Part shown: positions 52,309 through 64,000 of the stretch, piece by piece
Position numbering within the stretch: the first letter of the stretch is position 1
Layout: the number at the start of each line of letters is the position of its first letter
Origin: Chiloscyllium plagiosum
Taxonomy: Eukaryota
DNA: 64,000 nt
Direction: 5' to 3'
Assembly (NCBI RefSeq): GCF_004010195.1
Contig: NC_057749.1
Coordinates: 26,210,591 to 26,274,590, forward strand
Made by a program: the position numbers and the translations under genes
The notes under the pieces: model-generated
Told to the model about the DNA's origin: nothing
The model's input: only the letters and a program-made list of their open reading frames with translations
Databases searched by the model: none

Positions 52309-53151
52309 CTGAATTTCAAAACCAAGATAAAGATAAAAAGAAAGCCGAATTCTTTTTGTACAGATACTGTAATAGTATTCAAATTACATATTTCAATCAT
52401 GGTAAACAAGACGCTGAAAAATTGCAAAATCTCGTAAAACATATTTAACATGTGAATAAATATATCATAGTTATTAGCAATGCTATTTTATTTTACAACT
52501 CTCAAATATAAGATTGTGCAAAATTAGAAGCCACATCAGAATATGGCTCATGTTGAAAAACATCAAGCGCTGTTCCTATTTTAAAATCAAAACTGTTAAC
52601 GAGGCCACTCGTCTGCTTAGTAGTAGTCCCAAAATAGATGCACTGAAGACCCAACAAATTTCCAATTTTAGTTTAACCCATAAAGGATTTTTTTTTGAGG
52701 TTTGATGAGCGTCACATGAGATTTTCTAGATTTGAGCAGTTACAGGGTTGGATCTTTTGTCTTACAATGGAGTTGACAGTCAACTTTCAAGACAGCAAAA
52801 ATTGTTCCTACTGCAAGAAAAAACCCACCAAATTATCTGCTGCCTTCTTAAAACCTGCCCATTTTATGCAGTCTTTTCAGAGATTTTGAAGGTCTTAGCT
52901 GCAAACCACATCCACAGAGAAGTTCTGAAGTCAAGAATCACTGGAAAATTGTATTTCCTTCCACACAATATGTATGGGGACGCTTATGAAGTTTGGAAGC
53001 TCAAAAAAAATTAAAACATGCTCATTTATGAGAAGTACATGAGCATTGTGCTGGGTCTATTGAGAAGTGAAGATCATTGCAACAGGGAGGTGCAAAATGG
53101 TTTGACACCTCCAAGCATCTTTACCAGATGCAGTACTCTAATAATGAGCCC

Positions 53152-53283
53152 TTATTCCTGAAGAAGGGCTTATGCCCGAAATGTCGATTCTCCTGTTCCT
53201 TGGATGCTGCCTGACCTGCTGAGCTTTTCAAGCAACACATTTTCAGCTCTGATCTCCAGCATCTGCAGTCCTCACTTTCTTCT
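53152..53283 (+). mobile_element. Solo hammerhead-bearing PLE terminal module in NPTN intron (antisense to gene)
   Basis: CTGAAGA-a-GGGC-ttat-GCCC-GAAA-T-GTC followed by the same ~100-nt tail as 2217-2313; no PLE ORF adjacent. Confidence 0.8.
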
Positions 53284-53933
53284 AGCAGAAATTAAGTTGG
53301 CCTAACCATGTAAATACTGTGGTTACAAAAGCAACTCAGACTGCAAACTCTGTGGTGAGGGCCTTTGCTTCCCACTTCCCAAAGCCTGTGCAACATTTAG
53401 AAGACAAGCCAGGAGCGTTATGGAATACTCGTCTTGCTTGGCTGATGCAAATCCAACTCAATAAATTCAACACCATGTGGATCAAAGCAATCAACTTATT
53501 TAGCACCCTCCATTACATTAAATTTTGACTTAGTCAACAACAGCACAGCCTATTCCATCAACAAGATGCATTGCAGCAACTTGTCAACCTCCTCTGACAA
53601 TAACTTCCAAACCAAGGCCTTTTACCAGTTAGATGGGCAAGGAGATCCCCTTGATGTAATACACCATCCACAGACAGATAACAATGCAGACCTAGCCAGT
53701 GATGCCCACATCCCTGGAACTTAAAAAAGCTCATATTCAAGTCCATTCCATCACAGACTCTACAAAACACATCCTTACCAAAGAATCTACAACATCTTTA
53801 GTTAATGCATCAGAATTTATCCCCAACTTCTCTTTGATTTAGAGATATGAAAAAATGTTTAGTTATTTATTCATGCCTTAGGTTCAAAATTCCACCACAA
53901 CTGTTTACATAAACCTGAAGTCTTAATCCTCAC

Positions 53934-54108
53934 TTGTACTCTGTGCTGTTTGCACCGGAAGAATTCCTGGTCCCAGCAATCTCTTCTCCATCTTTTATCC
54001 AATAACTGCCATTGCTGGGAATTGGTGCGAAGGTCAGGTTACAATATAGGGTGATAGGCGAACTTGCGGGTTTTAAAACAATGTCTTCAGATGGTGTGAT
54101 CTTTGGCT
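53934..54108 (-). CDS. NPTN: Neuroplastin exon: Ig domain N-half (first exon visible; upstream exons lie right of the window)
   Basis: PKITPSEDIVLKPASSPITLYCNLTFAPIPSNGSYWIKDGEEIAGTRNSSGANSTEY(K); TTTTAG| acceptor, AA|GTGAGG donor; 175 nt; in frame with next exon. Confidence 0.93.
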
Positions 54109-54292
54109 CTAAAATACAGAGTGAAATAAAAGCAGTTGGTGAACATAAAATTGGTGTCAGGCAGACAACAAATACAGCCAACTCCAGCCACTTGAAAACG
54201 CAACATTCTTTAAATGGACTGCATTATTTGTTTCTTACATAACCATTATGAAGGTTTTATCTGTCAGTCAATCAGTTGATAAATAACCATTA

Positions 54293-54472
54293 CTAGAGTC
54301 GGCAGTGTACAGCATGGAAACAGACCGTTCAGTCCAACTTGTCCATGCCAACCAGTTACCCTAAATTAATCTAGACCGATTTGCTAGCATTTGGCCCATA
54401 TCCCTCTAAATCCTTCCTGTTCATATTGCCAACCAGATGACTTTTAAAATGTTCTAATTGTACCAGACTCCA
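54293..54472 (-). mobile_element. Short CR1 3' end
   Basis: Same tail as 10655-10830 (AGCATGGAAACAGACC..CCCATATCCCTCTAAA). Confidence 0.7.
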
Positions 54473-56753
54473 AGCTAAATTTTTTGCTGCATAAACGAAC
54501 TATTCAATATAAAGTGCAGTGTTGGCTCGAGCTCAATGTAATGAAGTGTTTGCAAACAGTTAAGGTCAGGACAGATTTGCTGCTCGCAGTTAGGGCGAGA
54601 CGGAGAAAGCTGACACTTCAGGGCTACTTTCTATCTACGAAGCTAGAAAAAAAAAATTGTTACCAAAAACAAACCATAGTGAAAACCAGCAACAGCACAT
54701 CATTCATGTCACACTGGCTTTCCTGAAAGTAAAGTCTTCACTTACTAATAATGAAATGTGATTGCAAAAAACAACCAGATGGGAACAGACTATTGATGGA
54801 TTTTAATAGCACTCGGGCCAACAATGAATTAATCCCTGAGCGGAGAATGAGCAATTTCATAATGAAAAAATATATATTAAGATTTGCAGTCTCTTTGTAG
54901 CAAAGAGATTTTTTTTTTTACTTTTAATTTGCCCATTCCAATATAGTTGCAAAGTCCCTCTATTCCCAAAAGGGTTAAATGAAATTTTAAACAAAATTTG
55001 TCTGGTATTGATTGGGAACTTTGAGGTGGATTTCATAGAGTATTGTTCAAGGAACTGGCTTACAAAACAAAGTCGATGAAGCTTTAATTGTAATATCAGT
55101 TATGATGCCAACAGTTTTAAAAAGAGGAATATGGATAGAAAGTGCGCTCAAATGACCACTACCTCATCAGCAATTTGTATTCAACAAAGCAGGCAAATAG
55201 TATCAAAATCTTCTTTATAAAATTAGGAATTGCCTGCAAACAATCTACAAGAATGGTCCTCAGCTCCAGCTGCAGTGGAATCAGGAAGGATGAGCAAGCA
55301 GATTCATCCATCTTAACAAGTGTAAAAAAAGGTTTTTGCCAAGTCTGACCATCAGGGCTGCTCATGGGATGATCTGGGGTCTGCAGTAGATTTTTGTTGC
55401 TAAGCTGACATGCTCCTGCAGGTATAGCTGTTAGAATATACCTTCCCTTTAAAGTCAAGTACCCATTGCAAATTAAATTCTTCAGGTGAAAGTTCCAAAA
55501 AGAAGTGAATTGGTCTTAAACGTTAGCTGTTCCCACCTTCAAAAAATACTGTTAAGCTTTCCTAGCAAATTCTGTTTCCATTTCAGATTTTCAGCTTCCA
55601 GAGTTGTTTATTTTTATCCTCAGTTATGGGTTAGTCAATTTTACGATCTAGGTCAGTAACTAGCTTACCAAACTAAATTTATCTTTTAAGAAAAGTGATG
55701 GGTATGAACCAAGTTCCAGACATTTTACATATAATAGTGAAACTCCCATGCAATTTAAATCGTCAATGGCAAGACGCACAAACCATTAAATGTGCATTAT
55801 TCTTCCGAATCGAGGCTGAGAGACTAAAATAAATTGTTACTAACAGTTGCGATTGAAAGCTCAGCTGGAAACAAATAAGAGTGCAATCCTATACCCACTG
55901 TGGTGACCATCCACTTGTCCAAATTAGGAGTAGGAATAGATCATTCACCCCTCAAGCATACTCCACTATTTGGAAAGATCACAGTTGAATGAATTGCTGA
56001 ACTGTTTCTCTTTACCCCCAAACCCTTTGACTGCCTTATCAATCAAGGATCTATTCATCTCTTCCTCATAGGACGATCTGGGATTTGCTGTAGGTTTTAG
56101 TTGCTAACCTGACATGCTCCTGCAGGTATAGCTGTTAGAATATACCTCCCGTCACATAATCTAACTTCCCCCACTGTTTAAATTAAAGCCCTCGTGTTAT
56201 GACTGATCAAAACACAGTGCTATCACAGTTTAAGTGCAGACTGTCATAACAGTACAAATCCCACCTTTTCCCTGTACCAGTGTCAATGTTCCATGAATTG
56301 AAATCCATTTCTCATGCACCAAATTTTAAGACACATGTTCACCTCCACACCCATAAGAAATAGGAACAGGAGCAGGCAGTTCGGTCCCTTGAGTATGCTC
56401 TACCATCAAAAGGATCATGGCTATACCAACACTCCTCACGCCCACTTTCCTATCCTTACACCCCACTCCCCCCAAATTCATTGATTTCCCGACTGATGAA
56501 GAATCTATCTCTGCATTAAATATACACAAGGACTTCGTCCCCACAGTTCTGAGGCAAGGTAATCCAAAGATTTTCAAGACTGAGAAATTTCTGAGGGTTA
56601 AGTTGGTGCCTTCCAAGACTGTATAATGATCAGACCTGCTGTGCCAAAACAGCTGCCTTTTTTTCATCCCAATCACCCTTCACTTGATTGATTGATATCG
56701 GCTCCTAATTTCCCCAATATTACATTTTTGAAGTTCTCACTATAAAGTTTAAA

Positions 56754-57061
56754 TTAGATTAGATTACTTAGAGTGTGGAAACAGGCCCTTCGGCCCAACA
56801 AGTCCACACCGCCCCACCGAAGCGCAACCCACCCATTTACATTTACCCCTTACCTAACACTATGGGCAATTTAGCATGGCAAATTCACCTGACCTGCACA
56901 TCTTTGGACTGTGGGAGGAAACCGGAGCACCCAGAGGAAACCCACGCAGACACTGGGAGAACGTGCAAACTCCACACAGTCAGTCGCCTAAGGCAGGAAT
57001 TGAACCCGGGTCTCTGGCGCTGTGAGGCAGCAGTGCTAACCACTGTGCCACCGTGCCGCCC
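56754..57061 (-). mobile_element. HE1-like V-SINE, near full length
   Basis: Near-identical to 24618-24941; A/B boxes and (TCTAA)n tail. Confidence 0.9.
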
Positions 57062-60000
57062 TCTACTTTTACAACACTATTAACACTCCCATTCTCAACC
57101 TTTCTATGCCTACCCTCTGAAATCATAGTTCCTCCATCTCTGCCTCCTCTTGACCTTGCTCTCTGCAAGGGAGTCTTACCTGCATAAATCTCTCTACCAT
57201 CTTTTTATCCTTACTGCTTTTCACAGACCCATTTCCCTGCTCGAGCACAATCAGTCTGCAAATGTATTTCTTTTAAGTGCCCATCCAATTTCTTTTTCAA
57301 AAAAATTGCTTTCATTTCTGTCACTGTCATGGGCAGTGGGCTCCAAGTCATTACCTGTTGCATTTTTAAAAATTTCTTCTCACCCTATCCGCACAGTTTT
57401 TGACCAAAACCTTGCCTGAGAACCCACAGTTTTTGCACCATCACCTTTTATTGATGTTATTGAAACCAGTCACACTTTGTTATAAGTGGGTTTTCCCTTC
57501 AAATTGCCTAGAATCTTAAGTAACAGACTCCAGAAATAAATATGCTTTATGTCTCATTACCAAGAAAATTCAATTTATTCACACAAATACAAGTTCTGCA
57601 CCCTGTTCTGTTGTCATGATCAATATTTGTTTCTAAACATTTTTTTATATTGGTTTCTGACATGATTAGCAATTTCTTATGATTGAATTGCATAATCAAT
57701 AAAATATAGTTCATCATTATGCTAAGAAAATCACTAAGTTTATCAGTGGAAGTTATCCTTTTATATTAGCCATTTGTATACTTGATCTCTCAATATACTT
57801 GCAACCTCAAGAGTTGCACTGTAGAGAGAGATCGCTGATAAACACACTAAGAGGCAGAATCTCATCATAATTTCAGTAGCTAAACCCTGTGTACATTAGT
57901 TTTACATTGAAATTTCAATCCAATTTCACTCTCTGCCCAACCCATCACTATTCTTGCCTTCTAAATTGAAGTGTATATCAAGTCTTCATCCAATTTCTTC
58001 CTAATATCAATAGCTTGTATTTTTAAATTCTCTTGTGGGAAGTGGGCATCGCTGGTTGACCAGCATTTATCACTCGGCCCTAGCTATATTGGTAACGCAT
58101 TTTAAATGTTCATTAGCCTTTGAGAGAAAATATTTTGAATTTCATTCCCATTTACTTCATAAAGTTTCTAATTGTTTTTCAGAAATATAAAACAAAGTGG
58201 TAGTCTTCTTTTAAAAAAACAAAATCAGTAAATTAAACATTGAATTTGATGCATCTGGACAGAAGAAAATTGGATGGACAAAATTCTGAAAACACCAACA
58301 GCTCAAAACTGTCGTGATGTCAAGGCTCAAAGTTAACCAAATGATTTGGTTATTTCTTTCCTGTAAACCTACATGAAATGCTTAAAATTAAACAGGTTTA
58401 AACTTATGCAAAATAATTTCCAAGTAATTTTAACAGCTTTATAATTTACTTCTTTTTTTCATATATTGGATCATATGACAGGCATCATAACGGAATGCAA
58501 AGTAGAGGGAACCACATGTTCCAATTCTGACCATTTATTTTACAGACAAACAACATCTGTTTTTGATCTCAATGAGCTGAGCTTTGAGTGTATGGAAGGT
58601 AAACCACTTATTTTTTTGGCCTTTACGGAGTCTTCAAAAGTTAGGTCAACTTTGCGAACACAATAGTTCAAAATATTTTGCCTTTCAACTGATTTTTTAG
58701 TTTCCAATGCAACCCAAAGTAGAATGGACAGTACAGGATCATAATCTCACTCATGCCCAAATTATGTCAAGAAATGTCTTTATCTGTTGCAGAACTGTAT
58801 GCTTTTTGATATTTGTCTACTTATTAAAAAAATGACTTAGCATTCTTTTTCCACACAGGAGAAATGTCACAGAAATGTCAATATTTGAACTGGAACCTCA
58901 CACTGAATAATTCACATATTTGCCACTGTGGTATTTCTTAATTTAAGAAGCTTCAATTTCTGGCGGGTCAGCAGAAATTAACCTTTTCTAGATTTCTGAA
59001 TCGCAGCCACAATTGAGTGAAAGGGGATACTGCATGCGTTTCAAGAACTATTTTTAAAAATCAAAAAAAAATTATGGACATTGTAAAGAAGTGATCCTTT
59101 AAAATTCAGGTGAGAAACACTGACACTAAACGTGATACTAGTGCAGAAAACAAATCTAAAAAGAGTGATTATTTAGAATACAAGAGATGAATGGATGTGG
59201 TCAGGACACATTCTAATCGTTAGGATAGGAAAGCAAGTGAAAACAGAGGTGGAGTTGTGGTGGTGCGTTTGTTATAGGAGAAACAAAAGAATGGGAAAGA
59301 GGATAGGAAGGAGAATTTTCAACAGGATCACTACTTTCAATGCCTACTCACCACTCCGAATGACTGTCCTCCTCACTATTTTTGATAGCATTAATTTATC
59401 AATACTACTGAAAAATGAAAAATTAACGCAAGCTACAAACATATAACGCAATTAATTTGAAATATATAACCTTTGCTTAAAAAAGGACCAAAATCATAAT
59501 TGGCAATATTAGCAGATAAGTATTTAATGGATTTCTATGACATCTGTCTGTTCATCATTTTAAATGCAGGTATTAATCTGCAAGTTTTCCATGTTGGAAA
59601 GTACAAAACCTGTAGCGAAACAGCCCAATTCTGTGCTTTTAAAAACAAATTAAGCTCAATGGTCTACAGCACAGAAGTTTCACATTGCCTATAATTAAAA
59701 CTTCAATAATTTTCTAAACTAGTATTCTTATCTACTTCCAGAATGCTCTGTTCAGAGAAGTGAATTTTTAAAGTCTTATTACAGTTAAAACTGTATGAGG
59801 AGTGAATGGAAACAGTTCAACTCTTAGATATCTCACTTTACAGTACCTAATTGCTTGGCTCAGGCTTGCACTTTTGTATTAGTGTGCATTCCAAAGAGCT
59901 GCATATCAACATGAAAGTGGTGAACAATTCGAAAAATGAAAAATTCTGAAAAGGGCTTCTTGGTCCAACTCCAATCATTTTCATGGAATCACTCAAGACA

Positions 60001-60439
60001 TTTGAATAATGAACTCAATCACTAATATAAATAGTGCTACCAGGTTATGAAGAGACCAGACTACAGCTGCTATAAGCTAAAGCAGAATACATATCAGCTC
60101 TCTTAGAAACCTCAGCATGATAAATAACGAGTAGCACTTTAGTTTTACAAATAAATAATCAGCAGCCCTTATTTTTCCTTGAAGTACAAGAATATTTATA
60201 CCCTTGGTTAACATCAACATTAAGTTTCATTGGTAATATTATGATGAGTTACTGTGGCTATTAGATTAAAAGGATTTATAAAGTTAGTTATCCCCCATGT
60301 TATTAATTCAGAAACAATGCATGTTGGCTTTTAATTCCTAGCCCCCTCCACCCCAGGAACCAGGATGAAGTCCTCTGCATTCACTTTAAACAAAATGACA
60401 TTAAATACAAAAAGGTGGGAGAACACGATTCTCCCTAAA

Positions 60440-63400
60440 ATTTATTTCTGAAAGAAAGAAAGTCAAAAAGTCAAAACAACAGCAGTTTTAAAAGGGAGAA
60501 GAACACAGAAAGGAAGCACATGGTGTGGTCAGTGGAGGAAAGGAGGGGGGAGGGAGGAAGCGAGGGTGGGAGGGGGGAAAAAAAAGAGGGGGCGGGGAGA
60601 ACCTGCACAGTTACTGCCTTTGCTGTTTGAATTCATATAAACGCTGGACATTGGAGTGCATCGGGGAAAATTAACAAACAGTGAAATTCACAACTGATTT
60701 TGGAGGAACTGTTTGGGCAAAGTTCACAGCACAGAAGCAGATAAGTGTATGGTTTTTAAGTGGGGCCTACAGAAAGTCTGCAGGAGTGAGTAGAATGGGT
60801 GCTTTCTTGATTATATGCTTTTTGAGATATGCCCCTTGATTAAACTTAAATATAAGGCATAATTATTTAACCTGGGACAGTGTTTTGTAGAAAAATAGGT
60901 GTTATTTTGTAGAGGTGTTACATTCTGGGTCTGTAGATTGTGAAAGAGCAAAAATGGCCTTTAGTAGAGTGAGATGTGCTTCTTGTCAGATGTGGGAGTT
61001 TAAAGAGAGTTTAAGGGTTACTGTGGATTATAACTGCCATAAATGCTGATGGTTGCGAATCTCATCAGATCGATTGGATTGGTTGGAGAGACAGTTAGAA
61101 GCAATGAGGAATTTGCAACAGCATGTGATGGATGGCAGTTATTGGAAGGGGTTTTGGGATGGTGGGGGGGTGGAGTCTCCAGGAAAGGCAAGAGGTAGGC
61201 AGCTAGTGCAGGAGCTTTGTGTGGCTATACCCATTTCAAACAGGTATGCTGTTTTGGAAAACCTAGGGGGTGATGGATTCTCAGGGAAACGTAGCACGGA
61301 CAGCCAAGTTTCTAGTATTGAGACTGGCTCTAATGCAATGAGGAGTACGTTGGGTTCCAAGAGATCAATTGTGTGAGGGGGCTCTCTATTCCGAGGTACA
61401 GACAGACATTTCTGAGAACAGCAGCAAAAAAATCAGAATGGTGTATTGCTTCCCTGGTGCCAGGATCAAGGATGTCTCAGAGAGGGTGAAGAATGTTCTC
61501 ACGGGGGAAGAGGGGCCAGCAAGAGGTCATTGTCCAAACTGGAACCAAGATATAGGAAGGGAAACGGTTGAGATTCTGGAGAGAGATTAGAGAGTGTGAG
61601 GCAGGAATTTAAAAAGGAGGTCCTCGAGAGTAGTAATATCTGGATTACTCCCAGTGCTACAAGCTAGTGAGGACAGGAATAGAAGGATAGAGCAGATGAA
61701 CGCATGGCTGAGGAGCTAGTGTATGGAAGAAGGATTCACATTTTTGGACCAATGGAATCTCTTCTGGGGTAGAAGAGACTTGTACAAGAAGGATGGTTTG
61801 CACCTAAATTGGAAGGGGAATAATATACTGGCAGGGAAATTTGCTAGAGCTGTTCGGGAGGATTTAAACTATCAAGGTGGGGAGGGGTGGTATCCAGGGA
61901 GATAGTGAGGAAAGAGATCAATCTGAGACGGGTGACAGACAGACAAACCAAACAAACCAAACGTCAGAGCAGGCAGGGACAAGGTAGGACTAATATATTA
62001 AACTGCATTTATTTCAATGCAAGGGGCCTAACACGGGAAGGCAAATGAACTGAGTGCATGGTTAGGAACATGGGACTAGGATATCATAGCAATTATAGAA
62101 ACATGACTCAAGGATGGGCAGAACTGGCAGCTTAATGTTCCAGGAAACAAATGCTACAGGAAGGATAGAAAGGGAGGCAAGAGAGGAGGGGGATTGACAT
62201 TTTTGATAAGGGATAGCATTACAGCTGTGCTGAGGGAGGATATTCCTGGAAATACATGCAGGCAAGTTATTTGGGTGAAACTGAGAAATAAGAAAGGGAT
62301 GATCACTTATTGGGATTGTACTGAAGACCAGCTAATAGTCAGAGGGAAATTGAGAAACAAACTTGTAAGGAGATCTCAGCTATCTGTAAGAATAATAAGG
62401 TGGTTATGGTAGGGGATTTTAACTCTCTGAACATAGACTGGGACTGCCATAGTGTTAAAGGTTTAGATGGAGAGGAATTTGTTAAGCGTGTACAAGAAAG
62501 GTTTCTGATTCAGTATGTGGATGTACCCACTAGAGAAGGTGCAAAACTTGACCTACTCTTGGGAAATAAGGCAGGGCAGGTGACTGAGGTGTCAGTGGGG
62601 GAGTACTTTAGGGCCAGCGACCATAATTCTATTCGTTTTAAAATAGTGATGGAAAAGGATAGACCAGATCTAAAAGTTGAAGTTCTAAATTGGAGAAAGG
62701 CCAATTTTGACGGTAATAGGCAAGAAATTTCAAAAGCCGATTGGGGGCAGATGTTTGCAGGTAAAGGGACGGCTGGAAAATGGGAAGCCTTCAGAAATGC
62801 GATAACGAGAATCCAGATAAATATTCCTGTCAGGGTGAAAGGAAAGGCTGGTAGATATACGGAATGCTGGATGACTAAAGAAATTGAGTGTTTGGTTAAG
62901 AAAAAGAAGGAAGCATATGTCAGGTATAGACAGGATAGATCGAGTGAATCCTTAGAAGAGTATAAAGAAAGTAGGAGTATACTTTAGAGGGAAATCAGGA
63001 GGGCAAAAAGGGGACATGAGACAGCTTTGGCAAATAGAATTAAGGAGAATCCAAAGGGTTTTTACAAATACATTAAAAGCAAATAGGTAACGCGGGAGAG
63101 AATAGGGCCCCTCAAAGGTCAGCAAGACGGCCTTTGTGTGGAGCTGCAGAAAATGGGAGAGATACTAAACGAGTGTTTTGAATCAGTATTTACTGTGGAA
63201 AAGGATATGGAAGATATAGAAAGTAGCGAAAAAGATGGTGGCACCTTGCAAAATGTCCATATTACAGAGGAGGAAGTGCTGGATGTCTTGAAACTCAAAG
63301 GTGGATAAATCCCCAGGGCCTGATCAGGTGTACCCGAGAACTCTGTGGGAAGTTAAGGAAGCAATTGCTGGGCCTCTTGCTAAGATATTTGTACCATCAA

Positions 63401-64000
63401 TAGTCACAGGTGAGGTCCAGAAGACTGGAGATTGGCCAACGTGGTGCCACTGTTTAAGAAGGGTAGTAAGGACAAGCCAACGAACTATAGGCCATGAGCC
63501 TGACGTCAGTGGTGGGCAAGTTGTTGGAGGGAATCCTGAGGAACAGGATGTACATGTATTTGGAAAGGCAAAGACTGATTAGGGATAGTCAACATGGCTT
63601 TGTGTGTGGAAAATCATGTCTCACAAACTTATTTGAGTTTTTTGAAGAAGTAAGAGGATGGATGAGGGAAGAGCAGTGGATTTGATCTGTACGGACTTCA
63701 ATAAGGCTTTTGACAAGGTTCCCCATGGGAAACTGGTTAGCAAAGTTAGGTTTCACAGAATAAAGGAAGAACTAGCCATTTGGATACAGAACTGGCTCAA
63801 AGGTAGAAGACAGAGGGTGGTGGTGGAGGGTTGTTTTTCAGACTGGAGGCCTGTGACCAGTGGAGTGCCACAAGGATCGGTACTGGGTCCTCTACTTTTT
63901 GTCATTTACATAAGTGATTTGTATGTGAGCATAAGAGGTAGTCAGTAAGTTTGCAGACGACACCAAAATTGGAGGTGTTGTGGACAGCAAAGAAGGTTAC
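60440..64000 (+). mobile_element. Near full-length but disabled CR1 LINE: 5'UTR, ORF1 (zinc finger + SGNH esterase, ATG 60954), ORF2 (APE endonuclease + RT), runs off window
   Basis: [101 protein letters not shown]; many stops/frameshifts; 5' boundary approximate. Confidence 0.92.

Noticed and set aside
60954..64000. Active CR1 or domesticated esterase gene
   Set aside because: Multiple stops and frameshifts in both ORFs; esterase-bearing ORF1 is normal for CR1

Overview
Eukaryotic (vertebrate) genomic DNA, very probably from a cartilaginous fish. This is inferred from HE1/V-SINEs with (TTAGA)n tails, abundant CR1 LINEs and Penelope-like elements. Two minus-strand protein-coding genes are visible. 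The first is the first coding exon of PPCDC at the left edge. The second is the 3' two-thirds of neuroplastin (NPTN): six coding exons from 54108 to 21636, read through in frame with GT-AG junctions, plus a probable 3'UTR exon. Most of the remainder is degenerate retroelements (CR1, L2-like, Gypsy gag-pro and an LTR, Penelope-like elements [PLEs], SINEs) and one 180-N gap. Highlights: (1) about a dozen minimal hammerhead-ribozyme motifs from at least three PLE families, including tiny ORF-less solo and palindromic ribozyme-bearing insertions with 12-16 bp target-site duplications; (2) a perfect 39-bp x 8.7 array of a PLE Cys-motif segment fused to a ribozyme end; (3) a candidate stop-containing alternative exon or alternative last exon in NPTN intron 6, followed by a repeat-poor ~2.6 kb UTR-like tract; (4) a conserved internal 'DDEP' alternative acceptor in the 25-nt NPTN exon. 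Repeat boundaries are approximate and family names come from recognition, not database searches.
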